Below, piece by piece: positions 40,348-49,316 of a stretch of DNA of 64,000 bases (positions are counted from its first letter, which is position 1; the number at the start of each line of letters is the position of its first letter). The notes beneath the pieces are model-generated. The model had not been told where the DNA came from. It saw only the letters and a program-made list of their open reading frames with translations, and did not search any database. A program made the translations under genes and the position numbers. The DNA is from an uncultured Bacilli bacterium (GTDB lineage Bacteria > Bacillota_I > Bacilli_A > RF39 > UBA660): assembly GCA_910588195.1 (NCBI GenBank), contig CAJUPN010000004.1:88290-152289 (forward strand), written 5' to 3'.

Positions 40348-42324
40348 TTATAAACATAAACTTGGATCAATAGTACAATCAACTGCACCATTTCCATCAA
40401 TTCCTGAATCAGGTAAAACATCATCAACAACTGGTGGAGTAATAGATATACCATCATTTAAATAAATACTTATTATTGTTGGAAGATATAATCCTATTTT
40501 ACCAGCAGATTGACTAGCCATTAAAATATTTTGTTTATCCTCTTCAGTTAAATATTTTTTATTTATACTATTCTTAACATTAACTTTCGCTTCTTTTGGA
40601 TTAACATCTTGAATATCACTCATTGAAAAATTAACATTATAAGCTTGCCCTTCGTTATAGATAACAGCACCTATTTTAAAAGTTTTCTCACGTGTTGTAC
40701 TAGTATTTTTCTTTGTAGATTCGTAAGTTATATCAAAAATATTTTGTGAACCTTCTTTATAAGATACTCCATAACCATTAGCAGTTGGATAAAATTCCAT
40801 TAAATCACTTTCAGAACTAATTCTAATTCCAATTAATTCTTCTCCAAACATTGCAGTACAAATTTCAATATTAACATCTTTCATTCCTGCAGCCGTCTTT
40901 TCATAATCAACATCTTCTAAACTTTTTTTAAATTCTTCTTCAGACATATCAGCAAACTTAGAGGCTTCGCTTATAAACTTCTTATTATTAGCTAAACTTT
41001 GGAACATCCTTTTAAAGAAAATTTTACGATTATTTTCATTAAATCTTATTTTAATAATATTAGCTTTTTTACTACCACTATTATGTATATTTACATTTCC
41101 TACAGTTTGAGTATTATTCATACCCTTAAGCCCACTAGCAAAAGCTGTTTTTAAAGCATTGATCATAGAAACATAATCAACATTATTTTGTTCATTAGTA
41201 TCAAATAATGTTCTCAATCCTTCTATTTCATCATAAATATAGTTTTCATAATAATTTTGAAATAAAACATACATTCTAGATTCATTCAAATAAATTTCTA
41301 AATTAACAGGATTATCAATTAATTCTTCTCCTAAATTTAAACTAGATAGATTAATTGTATAATCTATTGCTTTACCACTTAAATCAACAGCATAAGTTCC
41401 ATTAACTTTAGCAGCTAAATTTTGATCTGCAGAACTGATTGAAAAATCAACATCATATGTTCCACTAGTTTTTTCTATTTTATCATTTGTTATAGACTTA
41501 GTCCCCATCGTAAGTGCTGATACAATCGCATTAATTCTCCTATCTGATGATTTATATTGACTACTATAGTAAAAATAAGCAACACCACCAATAATAGCTA
41601 ATACTAATACTACAGCAATTATTATAATTAAATTTCTCTTATTCTTCTTTTTAACATCTTCATTAGATAAAGTATTACCTAGTTTAACAGATTCCCCACT
41701 TGGTGCAATAAATTCTGGATTTATAGCATTTGAAACTTGTTGATTTTGTAAAACATTCTCTGTGTTCTGACTTGGAAGATTCTCCACTTGAGAAGTTTCC
41801 ATTACACTAGAATTATTTTCTGGTATATTATTTTGTGAAACAGGAGTTTCTTGATTTTGTACTTGCATCAGTTGTTCTGGAGCACTGTATCCAACACCCT
41901 CACTTTGAAGCGTACTTTGATTATAAAAAACAGGTTGACCAACATTCTGTTGATTAAAATTATCAGAAAGAGTAACCTCGTTAGGAGTTACAGGCTGACT
42001 CACAACATTAGGTACAGCAGCTACTTGATTAACTTGCCCTTGAGTTTCAACACCTAAAGTATTAACTGTTGAATTATTACTTTCTAAAACACTTGGATTA
42101 TTATTAGAAGTCTCTGATACATTTTCATTAACTCCCATATTTTGGTTAACCACATTACTAGTATCCATATTTTGATCTTGTGGTAAAACTGGATTTTCTG
42201 GTACTGTTGGTAAAACTGAAGTATCTGTCGGCACAGTCCCGCTATTTGGATTAGCATTGCTATTGCATATTGGACATACAACTGAACCATCAGGTATTTC
42301 ATTATTACAATTTATACATCTCAT
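40348..42324 (-). CDS. Zinc-ribbon-domain membrane protein (N-terminal CxxC...CPxC, low-complexity linker, TM, extracytoplasmic domain)
   Basis: MRCINCNNEIPDGSVVCPICNS..., then a Q/N/S/V-rich region, then TM helix LIIIIAVVLVLAIIGGVAYFYY. Confidence 0.5.
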   Translation of the reverse strand: MRCINCNNEIPDGSVVCPICNSNANPNSGTVPTDTSVLPTVPENPVLPQDQNMDTSNVVNQNMGVNENVSETSNNNPSVLESNNSTVNTLGVETQGQVNQVAAVPNVVSQPVTPNEVTLSDNFNQQNVGQPVFYNQSTLQSEGVGYSAPEQLMQVQNQETPVSQNNIPENNSSVMETSQVENLPSQNTENVLQNQQVSNAINPEFIAPSGESVKLGNTLSNEDVKKKNKRNLIIIIAVVLVLAIIGGVAYFYYSSQYKSSDRRINAIVSALTMGTKSITNDKIEKTSGTYDVDFSISSADQNLAAKVNGTYAVDLSGKAIDYTINLSSLNLGEELIDNPVNLEIYLNESRMYVLFQNYYENYIYDEIEGLRTLFDTNEQNNVDYVSMINALKTAFASGLKGMNNTQTVGNVNIHNSGSKKANIIKIRFNENNRKIFFKRMFQSLANNKKFISEASKFADMSEEEFKKSLEDVDYEKTAAGMKDVNIEICTAMFGEELIGIRISSESDLMEFYPTANGYGVSYKEGSQNIFDITYESTKKNTSTTREKTFKIGAVIYNEGQAYNVNFSMSDIQDVNPKEAKVNVKNSINKKYLTEEDKQNILMASQSAGKIGLYLPTIISIYLNDGISITPPVVDDVLPDSGIDGNGAVDCTIDPSLCL

Positions 42325-42388
42325 ATTTTTTCCCTCTTTACTATTCTATCTATTAATATAATAATATATTTACATCTTTATATCAAGG

Positions 42389-43867
42389 TTATTCTGCACT
42401 TTCTGGAGCTTTTACCAAATTTGCAGGACAAGATATAATACGATCATTATAAGTACAACTACAATTTTCTTCTGAATCATTACAAACACAATTTAAATCT
42501 GGAGTACATTTTTCTTTATAATAATCACGAATTTTATCAATAAAAGTTATGTCTTTCAAATAATAAGATGTATTACTTTTAACTTTTATATAATCTTCTT
42601 CCGTAAAATCTTTTATATTTTTAAATGTTTCAATATCTTGTTTTTTAACCTTAGTTTGCTTATCTTCTTCTAAATAAATATTTAAATCAGTTACATAATC
42701 ATCTGTATCAATTGTAATATCATAATTTTTCTCTGTTAAATTTTCAAGTTCTTTTATTTTAGAAGCAAAAGTAAGTGAATAAACATTTTTCTCTCCTTCA
42801 AAATAATCTAAATAATATTTAGTTTCTCCAATATCAAAAACATATTTTAAAGGAAGCTCATCTTCTTCAACTAATACTTCAATACGATAAACTTTTGAAT
42901 TAGTAAAATAAATTGAAACTGTAGTTTTATTAGTTGAGTTACTACTATATTTATATTCACTAGTAGTTATATAATTCTCAATAGTTTTTATAATATCTGT
43001 ATCTTTTTTATCTTTAATTCTTGCCATTTCATTAACAAAATTAACATCTTCTTTTAATTCAGTTAAAAAACTTTTAATAAAATTTAATTTCCCTTGATTA
43101 TCTAATATTAAAGAACGTTTAGTGACATTTTTTTCTTTCCCCAAATATGTAATACTTGCACTTTCGGTTTTATAATTCATTTGCTTCAAAGCAACATCCA
43201 TTGCATCTGTAGTACCTATTACTAAAGAATATAAATCATAATTTTTTGTTTTTAATAAACCACTTGTATCTTCTATTGGAAAATATAAATATTCATCCCC
43301 ATAAATTTGATTACTTTGAAAATAGATATTATTATCTTTCATATAAGCATTAAAAACTAAATCTTTAGTATCAATTAAAACTTCACCTGTTTGTTCTTTT
43401 GGATCTCTCATACTCCCAGTTAAGTTAACAATCTTATTTTTTACATCATAACCATAATTTCCATCAAAAGCTACACTATCATTATTAACTTTTAAAGTAA
43501 GTCTATATTTTCCTGATGAAGAATATTTAGAACCTATATAATTTTCTTCCAAATATTCACTTATTCCAGCTACAACCCTAGTAAATACTTTATAGTCTGG
43601 TTCACTACTCTTAAAAAACATTGATGCTACTAAAGAAATAAAAATAATTATAACTAGTACAATTAAAGCTAAAGCCCCAAAAACAACTTTTCTATTTTTA
43701 GGTTCTTTTATATAAACTTTTATATCAAATTTACCACTATTATAACTAGTATTATCAATATTACCAAAATCAATCACATTTTCTTTATTTGAATCAACTG
43801 AATTATTACAATATGGACAAACCTCTGAAACATCTGGTATAAATTTATTACAATTAAAGCATTTCAT
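42389..43867 (-). CDS. Zinc-ribbon-domain membrane protein, paralogous architecture to 40348..42324
   Basis: MKCFNCNKFIPDVSEVCPYCNN..., then TM helix ALALIVLVIIIFISLVASMFF, then an extracytoplasmic domain with a Cys-rich C-terminus. Confidence 0.5.
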   Translation of the reverse strand: MKCFNCNKFIPDVSEVCPYCNNSVDSNKENVIDFGNIDNTSYNSGKFDIKVYIKEPKNRKVVFGALALIVLVIIIFISLVASMFFKSSEPDYKVFTRVVAGISEYLEENYIGSKYSSSGKYRLTLKVNNDSVAFDGNYGYDVKNKIVNLTGSMRDPKEQTGEVLIDTKDLVFNAYMKDNNIYFQSNQIYGDEYLYFPIEDTSGLLKTKNYDLYSLVIGTTDAMDVALKQMNYKTESASITYLGKEKNVTKRSLILDNQGKLNFIKSFLTELKEDVNFVNEMARIKDKKDTDIIKTIENYITTSEYKYSSNSTNKTTVSIYFTNSKVYRIEVLVEEDELPLKYVFDIGETKYYLDYFEGEKNVYSLTFASKIKELENLTEKNYDITIDTDDYVTDLNIYLEEDKQTKVKKQDIETFKNIKDFTEEDYIKVKSNTSYYLKDITFIDKIRDYYKEKCTPDLNCVCNDSEENCSCTYNDRIISCPANLVKAPESAE

Positions 43868-43998
43868 GCCATTCCCACTTTCCTATTACTCTTATAATAA
43901 GTATAAAATAAAATATTTGAAAGTTCAATTAAATTTTATCTTGACCGCATCGAACAAATGTATTATATTAAACTTGAGAGAAATCTTTAATTACAAAA

Positions 43999-45276
43999 TT
44001 GGAGATGGTTATAATGGAAGATCTATACATTAAAAGAAATATTTTATGTATTGATTTAAAAAGTTTTTTTGCTTCTGTTGAATGTGTTGAAAGAAAACTC
44101 AATCCCTACACTACACCACTAGTTGTCTGTGATCCTACAAGAAATGGAGCAATAACGCTTGCTGTAACACCTTACTTAAAAAATTTTGGTATAAAAGGAA
44201 GAACTAGAGTTTATGAACTACCAAAGAATTTAAAAATCATAAAAGTTCCTCCAAGAATGCGTCTATATCAAAAAAAAAGTAAAGAAGTAATCAAAGTTTA
44301 CCTAGAATATGTAGCACCAGAAGATTTACATATTTATTCAATTGATGAATGTTTTTTAGATGTTACAAATTATTTAAAATTATATAAAAAAACAGACTAT
44401 GAATTAGCAGCTGAAATTTTAAAGAAAATAGAAGAAAAAACTGGACTTACAGCAACTGCTGGTATTGGACCAAACCTTTTACTTGCAAAAGTTAGTATGG
44501 ATATTGAAGCCAAACACACAAAAGATAACATAGCTTATTGGAAATATGAAGATATTGAACAAAAACTTTGGCCTATTAAACCATTATCAAAAATGTGGGG
44601 AATTGGCAGTCATCTTGAAAAAAAACTTAATGACATGAACATCAACTGTGTTGGTGATATCGCTAAATATGATAAAAATATATTAAAAGAAAAATTTGGT
44701 GTTATGGGAGAAGAACTATGGCTTCATGCTAATGGCATTGACACTTCTAAAATAAATGATTTAAACACTACCTTTGTAAAAGAACAAAGCTATTCTCACT
44801 CACAAGTATTATTTAAAGACTACTATGACTATAACATTAATATAATAATATTTGAAATGTTAGACGTAATGTGTCGAAGACTTAGAAAAAATAATAAACT
44901 TTGTGGTCTTATTGGTTTTGGCATATCTTACTCCAAAAATATTGGTGGTGGATTTTATCATTCTAATAAATTAATTATACAAACAGACGAATCTGCCTTT
45001 TTATATCGTGAATGTATGCGAATATTCGATAAATATTATAATAAAGCTCCAATTAGAAAAGTTTCCATCTCTTTCGGAAAACTAACAGATAATAAAAATA
45101 GACAATTGAATTTATTTGAAGATCCTCTAACATCAGAAGCAAATATTCATATAAATAAAGCTATTGATGAAATAAAAGATCGCTTCGGAGCTAATAAGAT
45201 AGTTCCAGCTATTTCATTATTAGAGGATTCAACTTTATTAGAAAGAAATAATAAAATAGGAGGACATAATGCATGA
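43999..45276 (+). CDS. Y-family (UmuC/DinB-like) translesion DNA polymerase
   Basis: ILCIDLKSFFASVE... catalytic N-terminus and palm/finger motifs. Followed by a YolD-like gene as in the Bacillus uvrX/yqjW loci. Confidence 0.85.
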   Translation: MEMVIMEDLYIKRNILCIDLKSFFASVECVERKLNPYTTPLVVCDPTRNGAITLAVTPYLKNFGIKGRTRVYELPKNLKIIKVPPRMRLYQKKSKEVIKVYLEYVAPEDLHIYSIDECFLDVTNYLKLYKKTDYELAAEILKKIEEKTGLTATAGIGPNLLLAKVSMDIEAKHTKDNIAYWKYEDIEQKLWPIKPLSKMWGIGSHLEKKLNDMNINCVGDIAKYDKNILKEKFGVMGEELWLHANGIDTSKINDLNTTFVKEQSYSHSQVLFKDYYDYNINIIIFEMLDVMCRRLRKNNKLCGLIGFGISYSKNIGGGFYHSNKLIIQTDESAFLYRECMRIFDKYYNKAPIRKVSISFGKLTDNKNRQLNLFEDPLTSEANIHINKAIDEIKDRFGANKIVPAISLLEDSTLLERNNKIGGHNA

Positions 45277-45584
45277 GTGATCGTGGAATAATAAAATGGG
45301 CTCCATTTTCATCAGTTATAAATGGAAACATTTTATTAAAAGAAATCCATGAAGAGAAATCACGAATTATCAAACCAACATTATCAGAAGAACAAATTCA
45401 AGAATTAGAAGATAAAATATTAGAAAAATACAATAATAAAACACTTGTAACTATCTTTTTTTACAAAAGTGAACATATTTATATATTAAAAGGCATAATA
45501 TCTAAAATAAACACAGCTACTAAAGAAATTACTGTAAATAATCAAAAAGTAATATTTTTTTCTAATATTATACGAATTATCTAA
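45273..45584 (+). CDS. YolD-like protein (partner of Y-family polymerase)
   Basis: 103 aa (IIKWAPFSSV...). Overlaps the polymerase stop codon. Typical YolD size and position. Confidence 0.65.
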   Translation: MSDRGIIKWAPFSSVINGNILLKEIHEEKSRIIKPTLSEEQIQELEDKILEKYNNKTLVTIFFYKSEHIYILKGIISKINTATKEITVNNQKVIFFSNIIRII

Positions 45585-45636
45585 AAAAATACTTGATTTT
45601 TAATTTTAATTTTGTTATTATTATCTTGTTGCTGAT

Positions 45637-45713
45637 GGGGAATTAGCTCAGCTGGCTAGAGCACCACGCTTGCACCGTGGGGGTCAGGGGTTCGAATCCC
45701 CTATTCTCCACCA
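45637..45713 (+). tRNA. tRNA-Ala (anticodon UGC), encoded CCA
   Basis: GGGGAATTAGCTCAGCTGGCTAGAGC... cloverleaf with anticodon loop CTTGCAC (TGC), T-arm GGTTCGAATCC, and acceptor stem plus ACCA. The 3' 23 nt are part of the prophage att repeat. Confidence 0.9.
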
Positions 45714-45716
45714 TTA
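45691..45716. repeat. attL: 26-bp direct repeat TTCGAATCCCCTATTCTCCACCATTA (tRNA-Ala 3' end)
   Basis: Exact second copy at 53552..53577. The integrase gene lies immediately inside the repeat. Confidence 0.85.
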
Positions 45717-45873
45717 ATATTAGCAACAATACAAGTTAATCTAATAATCATAATTTCTAGTGTGATTAGAAAGGATGATTAAAAATGTCAAATACAGACA
45801 AAACAAAATTGTTTATAAGTGTATGCATTGCAATTACATTTATAATAATAGCTTTAAATTAAAAGCTAAAAGA

Positions 45874-46797
45874 TTAAATTTTTTCCAGAATGTTTAATCT
45901 TAAAGAATTTAGAGTACTAAGTACTCTTTTTTCTTGTTCTAAATTACAATGAACATAGATGTCTAATGTAGTACTAATTTTAGAGTGCCCTAAACGTTTA
46001 GACACATCATTTATAGGTATTCCCTCGTTAACTAATAAAGTCGCGTGAGAATGTCTAAATTGATGTAATGTTATAGTTCTAATATTAGCTTTAGAACAAG
46101 CTTTCAATTTAACTCTATTAATAGTGGTCGGAGCTAAAGGTTTAATTCCACCAAATATATAATAATCAAAACATTCATCACCATATAAATTAATATAGTA
46201 TTCTTTTAAATTACATAATTCATTAACTAAATAGTCATCAATAACAATTTCACGATAACTTGAAATATTTTTAGGAGTATCTAATTCACGACCACCTTTA
46301 GTAGTCAAATTGTGATTAATATAAATATAATTACCAATTAAATCACTAAATTTTAAAGCCATAGCTTCACCGGGTCTAGCACCTGTAAAAAATAAAAATG
46401 TAAAAAACAATTTATACATATAATCATCAACACCACTAATAAATAAATTGAATTCATCTAATGTATAATAATCATATTTCTTTAATTCGTATTTTCTTTT
46501 AAAATTACCTATTTCTTTAAGATAATTACAAGATAAATCTAAATAATCACAACAAAATTGTATAAATTGATTAAAACAAACATACAAATTATTATTAAAG
46601 CTATTAGAATAATTCATACTAATAATAGTATTTTTCCATTTAAGATAATCTAATTTAGTTAACTCAAATATATCAAAACCTTTAAAATAAGGCATAACAT
46701 GTAAATTAAAATTTTTCCAGAATGTTTCTAGTGTTTGTTTTTTTAGGTGACTAGTACCTAATTCTAAATATTTTTTGTATGCATTTTCAAAAAGCAT
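45874..46797 (-). CDS. Tyrosine-type site-specific integrase
   Basis: 307 aa. Catalytic residues in context: ...RPGEAMALKFSDL (Arg), HQFRHSHATLL (HxxR), GHSKISTTLDIYVH (Tyr). Adjacent to tRNA and attL. Confidence 0.9.
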   Translation of the reverse strand: MLFENAYKKYLELGTSHLKKQTLETFWKNFNLHVMPYFKGFDIFELTKLDYLKWKNTIISMNYSNSFNNNLYVCFNQFIQFCCDYLDLSCNYLKEIGNFKRKYELKKYDYYTLDEFNLFISGVDDYMYKLFFTFLFFTGARPGEAMALKFSDLIGNYIYINHNLTTKGGRELDTPKNISSYREIVIDDYLVNELCNLKEYYINLYGDECFDYYIFGGIKPLAPTTINRVKLKACSKANIRTITLHQFRHSHATLLVNEGIPINDVSKRLGHSKISTTLDIYVHCNLEQEKRVLSTLNSLRLNILEKI

Positions 46798-46913
46798 AGT
46801 TTATCCCCTCTTTTCCGAGGGTGTATTTTAAATCTTTTATATAATCTTGTCAAACCACCTCACTTATGAGATAGTATACCATAAATTATTAACATATATC
46901 ATTAATTTTAATA

Positions 46914-47069
46914 TTAATCAAAAAATTCACGAAAAGAACAAGCTATATTAAAAAAAAATAATAAAGCAGCAATTAATAATAAAGGTATTCTTTCTTCAGA
47001 AAAATTACTAATTATAGAAAATATAGAATAAAGATTTATACTTGATAAAATTAAATAAAAAAACGTCAT
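46914..47069 (-). CDS. Small hydrophobic protein (51 aa) immediately downstream of rep
   Basis: AAAGGTGG RBS then ATG. Two hydrophobic stretches. Below the ORF-track size cutoff. Confidence 0.3.
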   Translation of the reverse strand: MTFFYLILSSINLYSIFSIISNFSEERIPLLLIAALLFFFNIACSFREFFD

Positions 47070-47075
47070 AAAATA

Positions 47076-47687
47076 TTACCACCTTTCATTATAATCAAAT
47101 CTACTATTATATTCATCTAAGACAGATTTATAATATGATAAATTTCTTCTAAATACATTCCAAAGTCCAATATTTCTTGCATAAGCTCCTAATTGGCTCA
47201 TTTTTACACGTTGAGTAGAATTCTTTAAAAAATCTTCTATCTTTTCAGTTTGTTCTTCTTCTGATGTATCATCAAAAATAAGTTTACGAAATCTTTTTAT
47301 TAAATTAATGTTTAAGCTTTCAACCTCATCTACTGAGTATTGATATTTATTATCACAACCATAGTGTATTAAATATTTCAAAGCTCCGTTAAAACTTCTT
47401 TTAATAGGTTCTATCATATGTTCATCAATATTACATATCTTAGCTATTGATGAAATTGTTTTTGCATTCTTACACTTTATAACAAAATGATAATGGGGCT
47501 TTTTTTGTTCACCTGCAGAATGTAATAAATTCATATTTTCATCATACAAATCTTCATCAAATAAATCTTTATCATGTCTTATATATATACAATCATAATT
47601 CATCTTCAAAGCAACAAATTGTTCTTGAAATCTTTTATCATCTTCATATATTACACAAGTAAAATTATAAAATCTTTTATTATTCAT
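47076..47687 (-). CDS. Rolling-circle replication initiator (HUH endonuclease superfamily Rep)
   Basis: 203 aa. Motif 1-like FTCVIY, motif 2 KPHYHFVIKC (His-hydrophobic-His), motif 3 tyrosine region ALKYLIHYG. Size and motifs resemble small pC194-type Reps. Confidence 0.55.
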   Translation of the reverse strand: MNNKRFYNFTCVIYEDDKRFQEQFVALKMNYDCIYIRHDKDLFDEDLYDENMNLLHSAGEQKKPHYHFVIKCKNAKTISSIAKICNIDEHMIEPIKRSFNGALKYLIHYGCDNKYQYSVDEVESLNINLIKRFRKLIFDDTSEEEQTEKIEDFLKNSTQRVKMSQLGAYARNIGLWNVFRRNLSYYKSVLDEYNSRFDYNERW

Positions 47688-47862
47688 ATTTAAGCCTTTC
47701 TATATTTTTATAAACATATATATCTAAAACACAACAATCATTTTTTTTACTATCAATAAAGCAAAATAATTCCGAAAGAGTATTAAAATGTTTATACAAT
47801 TCCTTTTTTCCAAAAGCAGTATTAACAATGTAACAAACTATAAAATTAGACATCGATTTCAC
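47680..47862 (-). CDS. Small phage protein (60 aa), GTG start with a TAAGGAG RBS
   Basis: Strong SD 8 nt upstream. Overlaps the rep start. Confidence 0.3.
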   Translation of the reverse strand: MKSMSNFIVCYIVNTAFGKKELYKHFNTLSELFCFIDSKKNDCCVLDIYVYKNIERLKYE

Positions 47863-48154
47863 TCTCCTTAATTTCTATAAATTTACTTTGTTTCTTTAAT
47901 TGTTTTTCTAAACCTTTTTTCAGTTCTTTGTTATAACATTCAATAGTCATTAATAAACTATTATCTTTTTTTACAAATAATTTAAATACGTATCGTTTCA
48001 TCATAAACCACCTCAACAACTCTATATCTTAAAAAATTGTATTTAACATTATTTTTTTTGCAATATTTAATTGCATAATCAAGTATCTTATATTCTTTGA
48101 CATCAACGTAATGTTCAAGAATTCCCAATTGAACAATATATCTTTTCATATAAA

Positions 48155-48343
48155 TCAAAATCTTTCTTCAGTTGAAATTTCAAATAATTCATTATCATAA
48201 ATAGATTTAATATAAACAAATGAATACATTTCTTTATAACGTTTATATAATCTTCTTGCATAATAATAATCATAAGTAATAGCTAACAAACTACAAGAAT
48301 TATAATTAGAATCGATTTTAAATATTAAATATCTTTTTTTCAT
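48155..48343 (-). CDS. Small basic phage protein (62 aa; candidate ssDNA-binding or regulatory protein)
   Basis: Tyr/Arg/Lys-rich 62 aa. Position just after the intergenic hairpins. Confidence 0.3.
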   Translation of the reverse strand: MKKRYLIFKIDSNYNSCSLLAITYDYYYARRLYKRYKEMYSFVYIKSIYDNELFEISTEERF

Positions 48344-48589
48344 TTTTTTAAATAACCTTTCTTATCTAAATATTTTTGTCTATAACAAGACCAATCTTTA
48401 CATTTAGTACAATCGCCTTTATATTTTTTACAATAATGTTTATTAGTTAGATAAAAGAAAATAAAATCAATAAAACAGTAAACAATAGCAAATATAATAA
48501 TTTTAATCATAAAAAACTCTTTTCTATTAATTTCATAATTTACATAAATTACACAAATGTTGCTTATAGTCGTAGTCCATGCAACATTT

Positions 48590-48730
48590 ATGTTTTTTCA
48601 ACATAATTACTTGGTCTACAATTATTACGGCTCTATCGAGCCTATAGCTCGAGTTTTAACGGAAGTTAAAACTTCGAGCTTTATAGAGCTTTGCTCTTAT
48701 CTCTAAGAGTTAGAGTTACGACGTCTCTCA
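48590..48730. promoter_or_regulatory. Hairpin-rich intergenic region of the prophage (candidate replication origin or packaging signal)
   Basis: Adjacent stem-loops include GGCTC-TATC-GAGCC and the near-perfect palindrome CTCGAGTTTTAACGGAAGTTAAAACTTCGAG. Also has direct repeats CGTCTCTCACG and CGTCTTTCACG. It is the only GC-balanced non-coding stretch in the element. Confidence 0.45.
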
Positions 48731-48840
48731 CGTCTTTCACGCAATTTAAGTATAATCTTCGTAGATAGTCTAAGAAGAATATAAATAATAATCATAGAAA
48801 ATAAGAATATCAAAGAAATATTTCTTATAGTTAAAAGCAT
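48703..48840 (-). CDS. 45-aa hydrophobic peptide with Arg-rich C-terminus (candidate virion coat protein)
   Basis: AAGGGGG RBS 7 nt upstream of the ATG. Sequence is MLLTIRNISLIFLFSMIIIYILLRLSTKIILKLRERRERRRNSNS. Confidence 0.4.
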   Translation of the reverse strand: MLLTIRNISLIFLFSMIIIYILLRLSTKIILKLRERRERRRNSNS

Positions 48841-48852
48841 AAAAACACCCCC

Positions 48853-49125
48853 TTACTCACTTGAAATTGGTATTTTTCTTATTATCCAAATCACAAAATT
48901 ATACACATGTTCAAAATTTTCAACTAATATTATCAAAGGTACTAAAGCTTTGATTAATGGTATTGAAACAAAATAACCTAATAATTCTACATTATCAAAA
49001 ATCAAATTAGTAAAGTTTTCTAACGAGTTAATTAAAAAATCTGGAAGTGAAGGCAAATCAGGAATAATAAAAAACAAAGTCTTTAAAATGCCAATAACAC
49101 TTGCAAATAACCATTCTAATATCAT
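48853..49125 (-). CDS. Small multi-TM membrane protein (90 aa; pVI-like candidate minor coat or assembly protein)
   Basis: Three hydrophobic segments. Start overlaps the upstream gene. Confidence 0.35.
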   Translation of the reverse strand: MILEWLFASVIGILKTLFFIIPDLPSLPDFLINSLENFTNLIFDNVELLGYFVSIPLIKALVPLIILVENFEHVYNFVIWIIRKIPISSE

Positions 49126-49316
49126 TTATTATCACTCTCACTTTCTAATACTAATTCATAATCAAAACAGTTTCCGTCAATTTTTACACAGTATTTATCT
49201 TTAAATGAAGATGACAAAGATAAACCAGTAACACCTAAAATTTCATGTTTAGACCAAATAATACAACCATTTGGCAAATCACATATTTTTATCTTATTTT
49301 TCATTTCTTCACCCAC
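49122..49316 (-). CDS. Small soluble Cys-containing protein (64 aa)
   Basis: ORF overlaps the upstream gene's stop and the downstream gene's start (ATGA-type coupling). Confidence 0.3.
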   Translation of the reverse strand: MGEEMKNKIKICDLPNGCIIWSKHEILGVTGLSLSSSFKDKYCVKIDGNCFDYELVLESESDNK

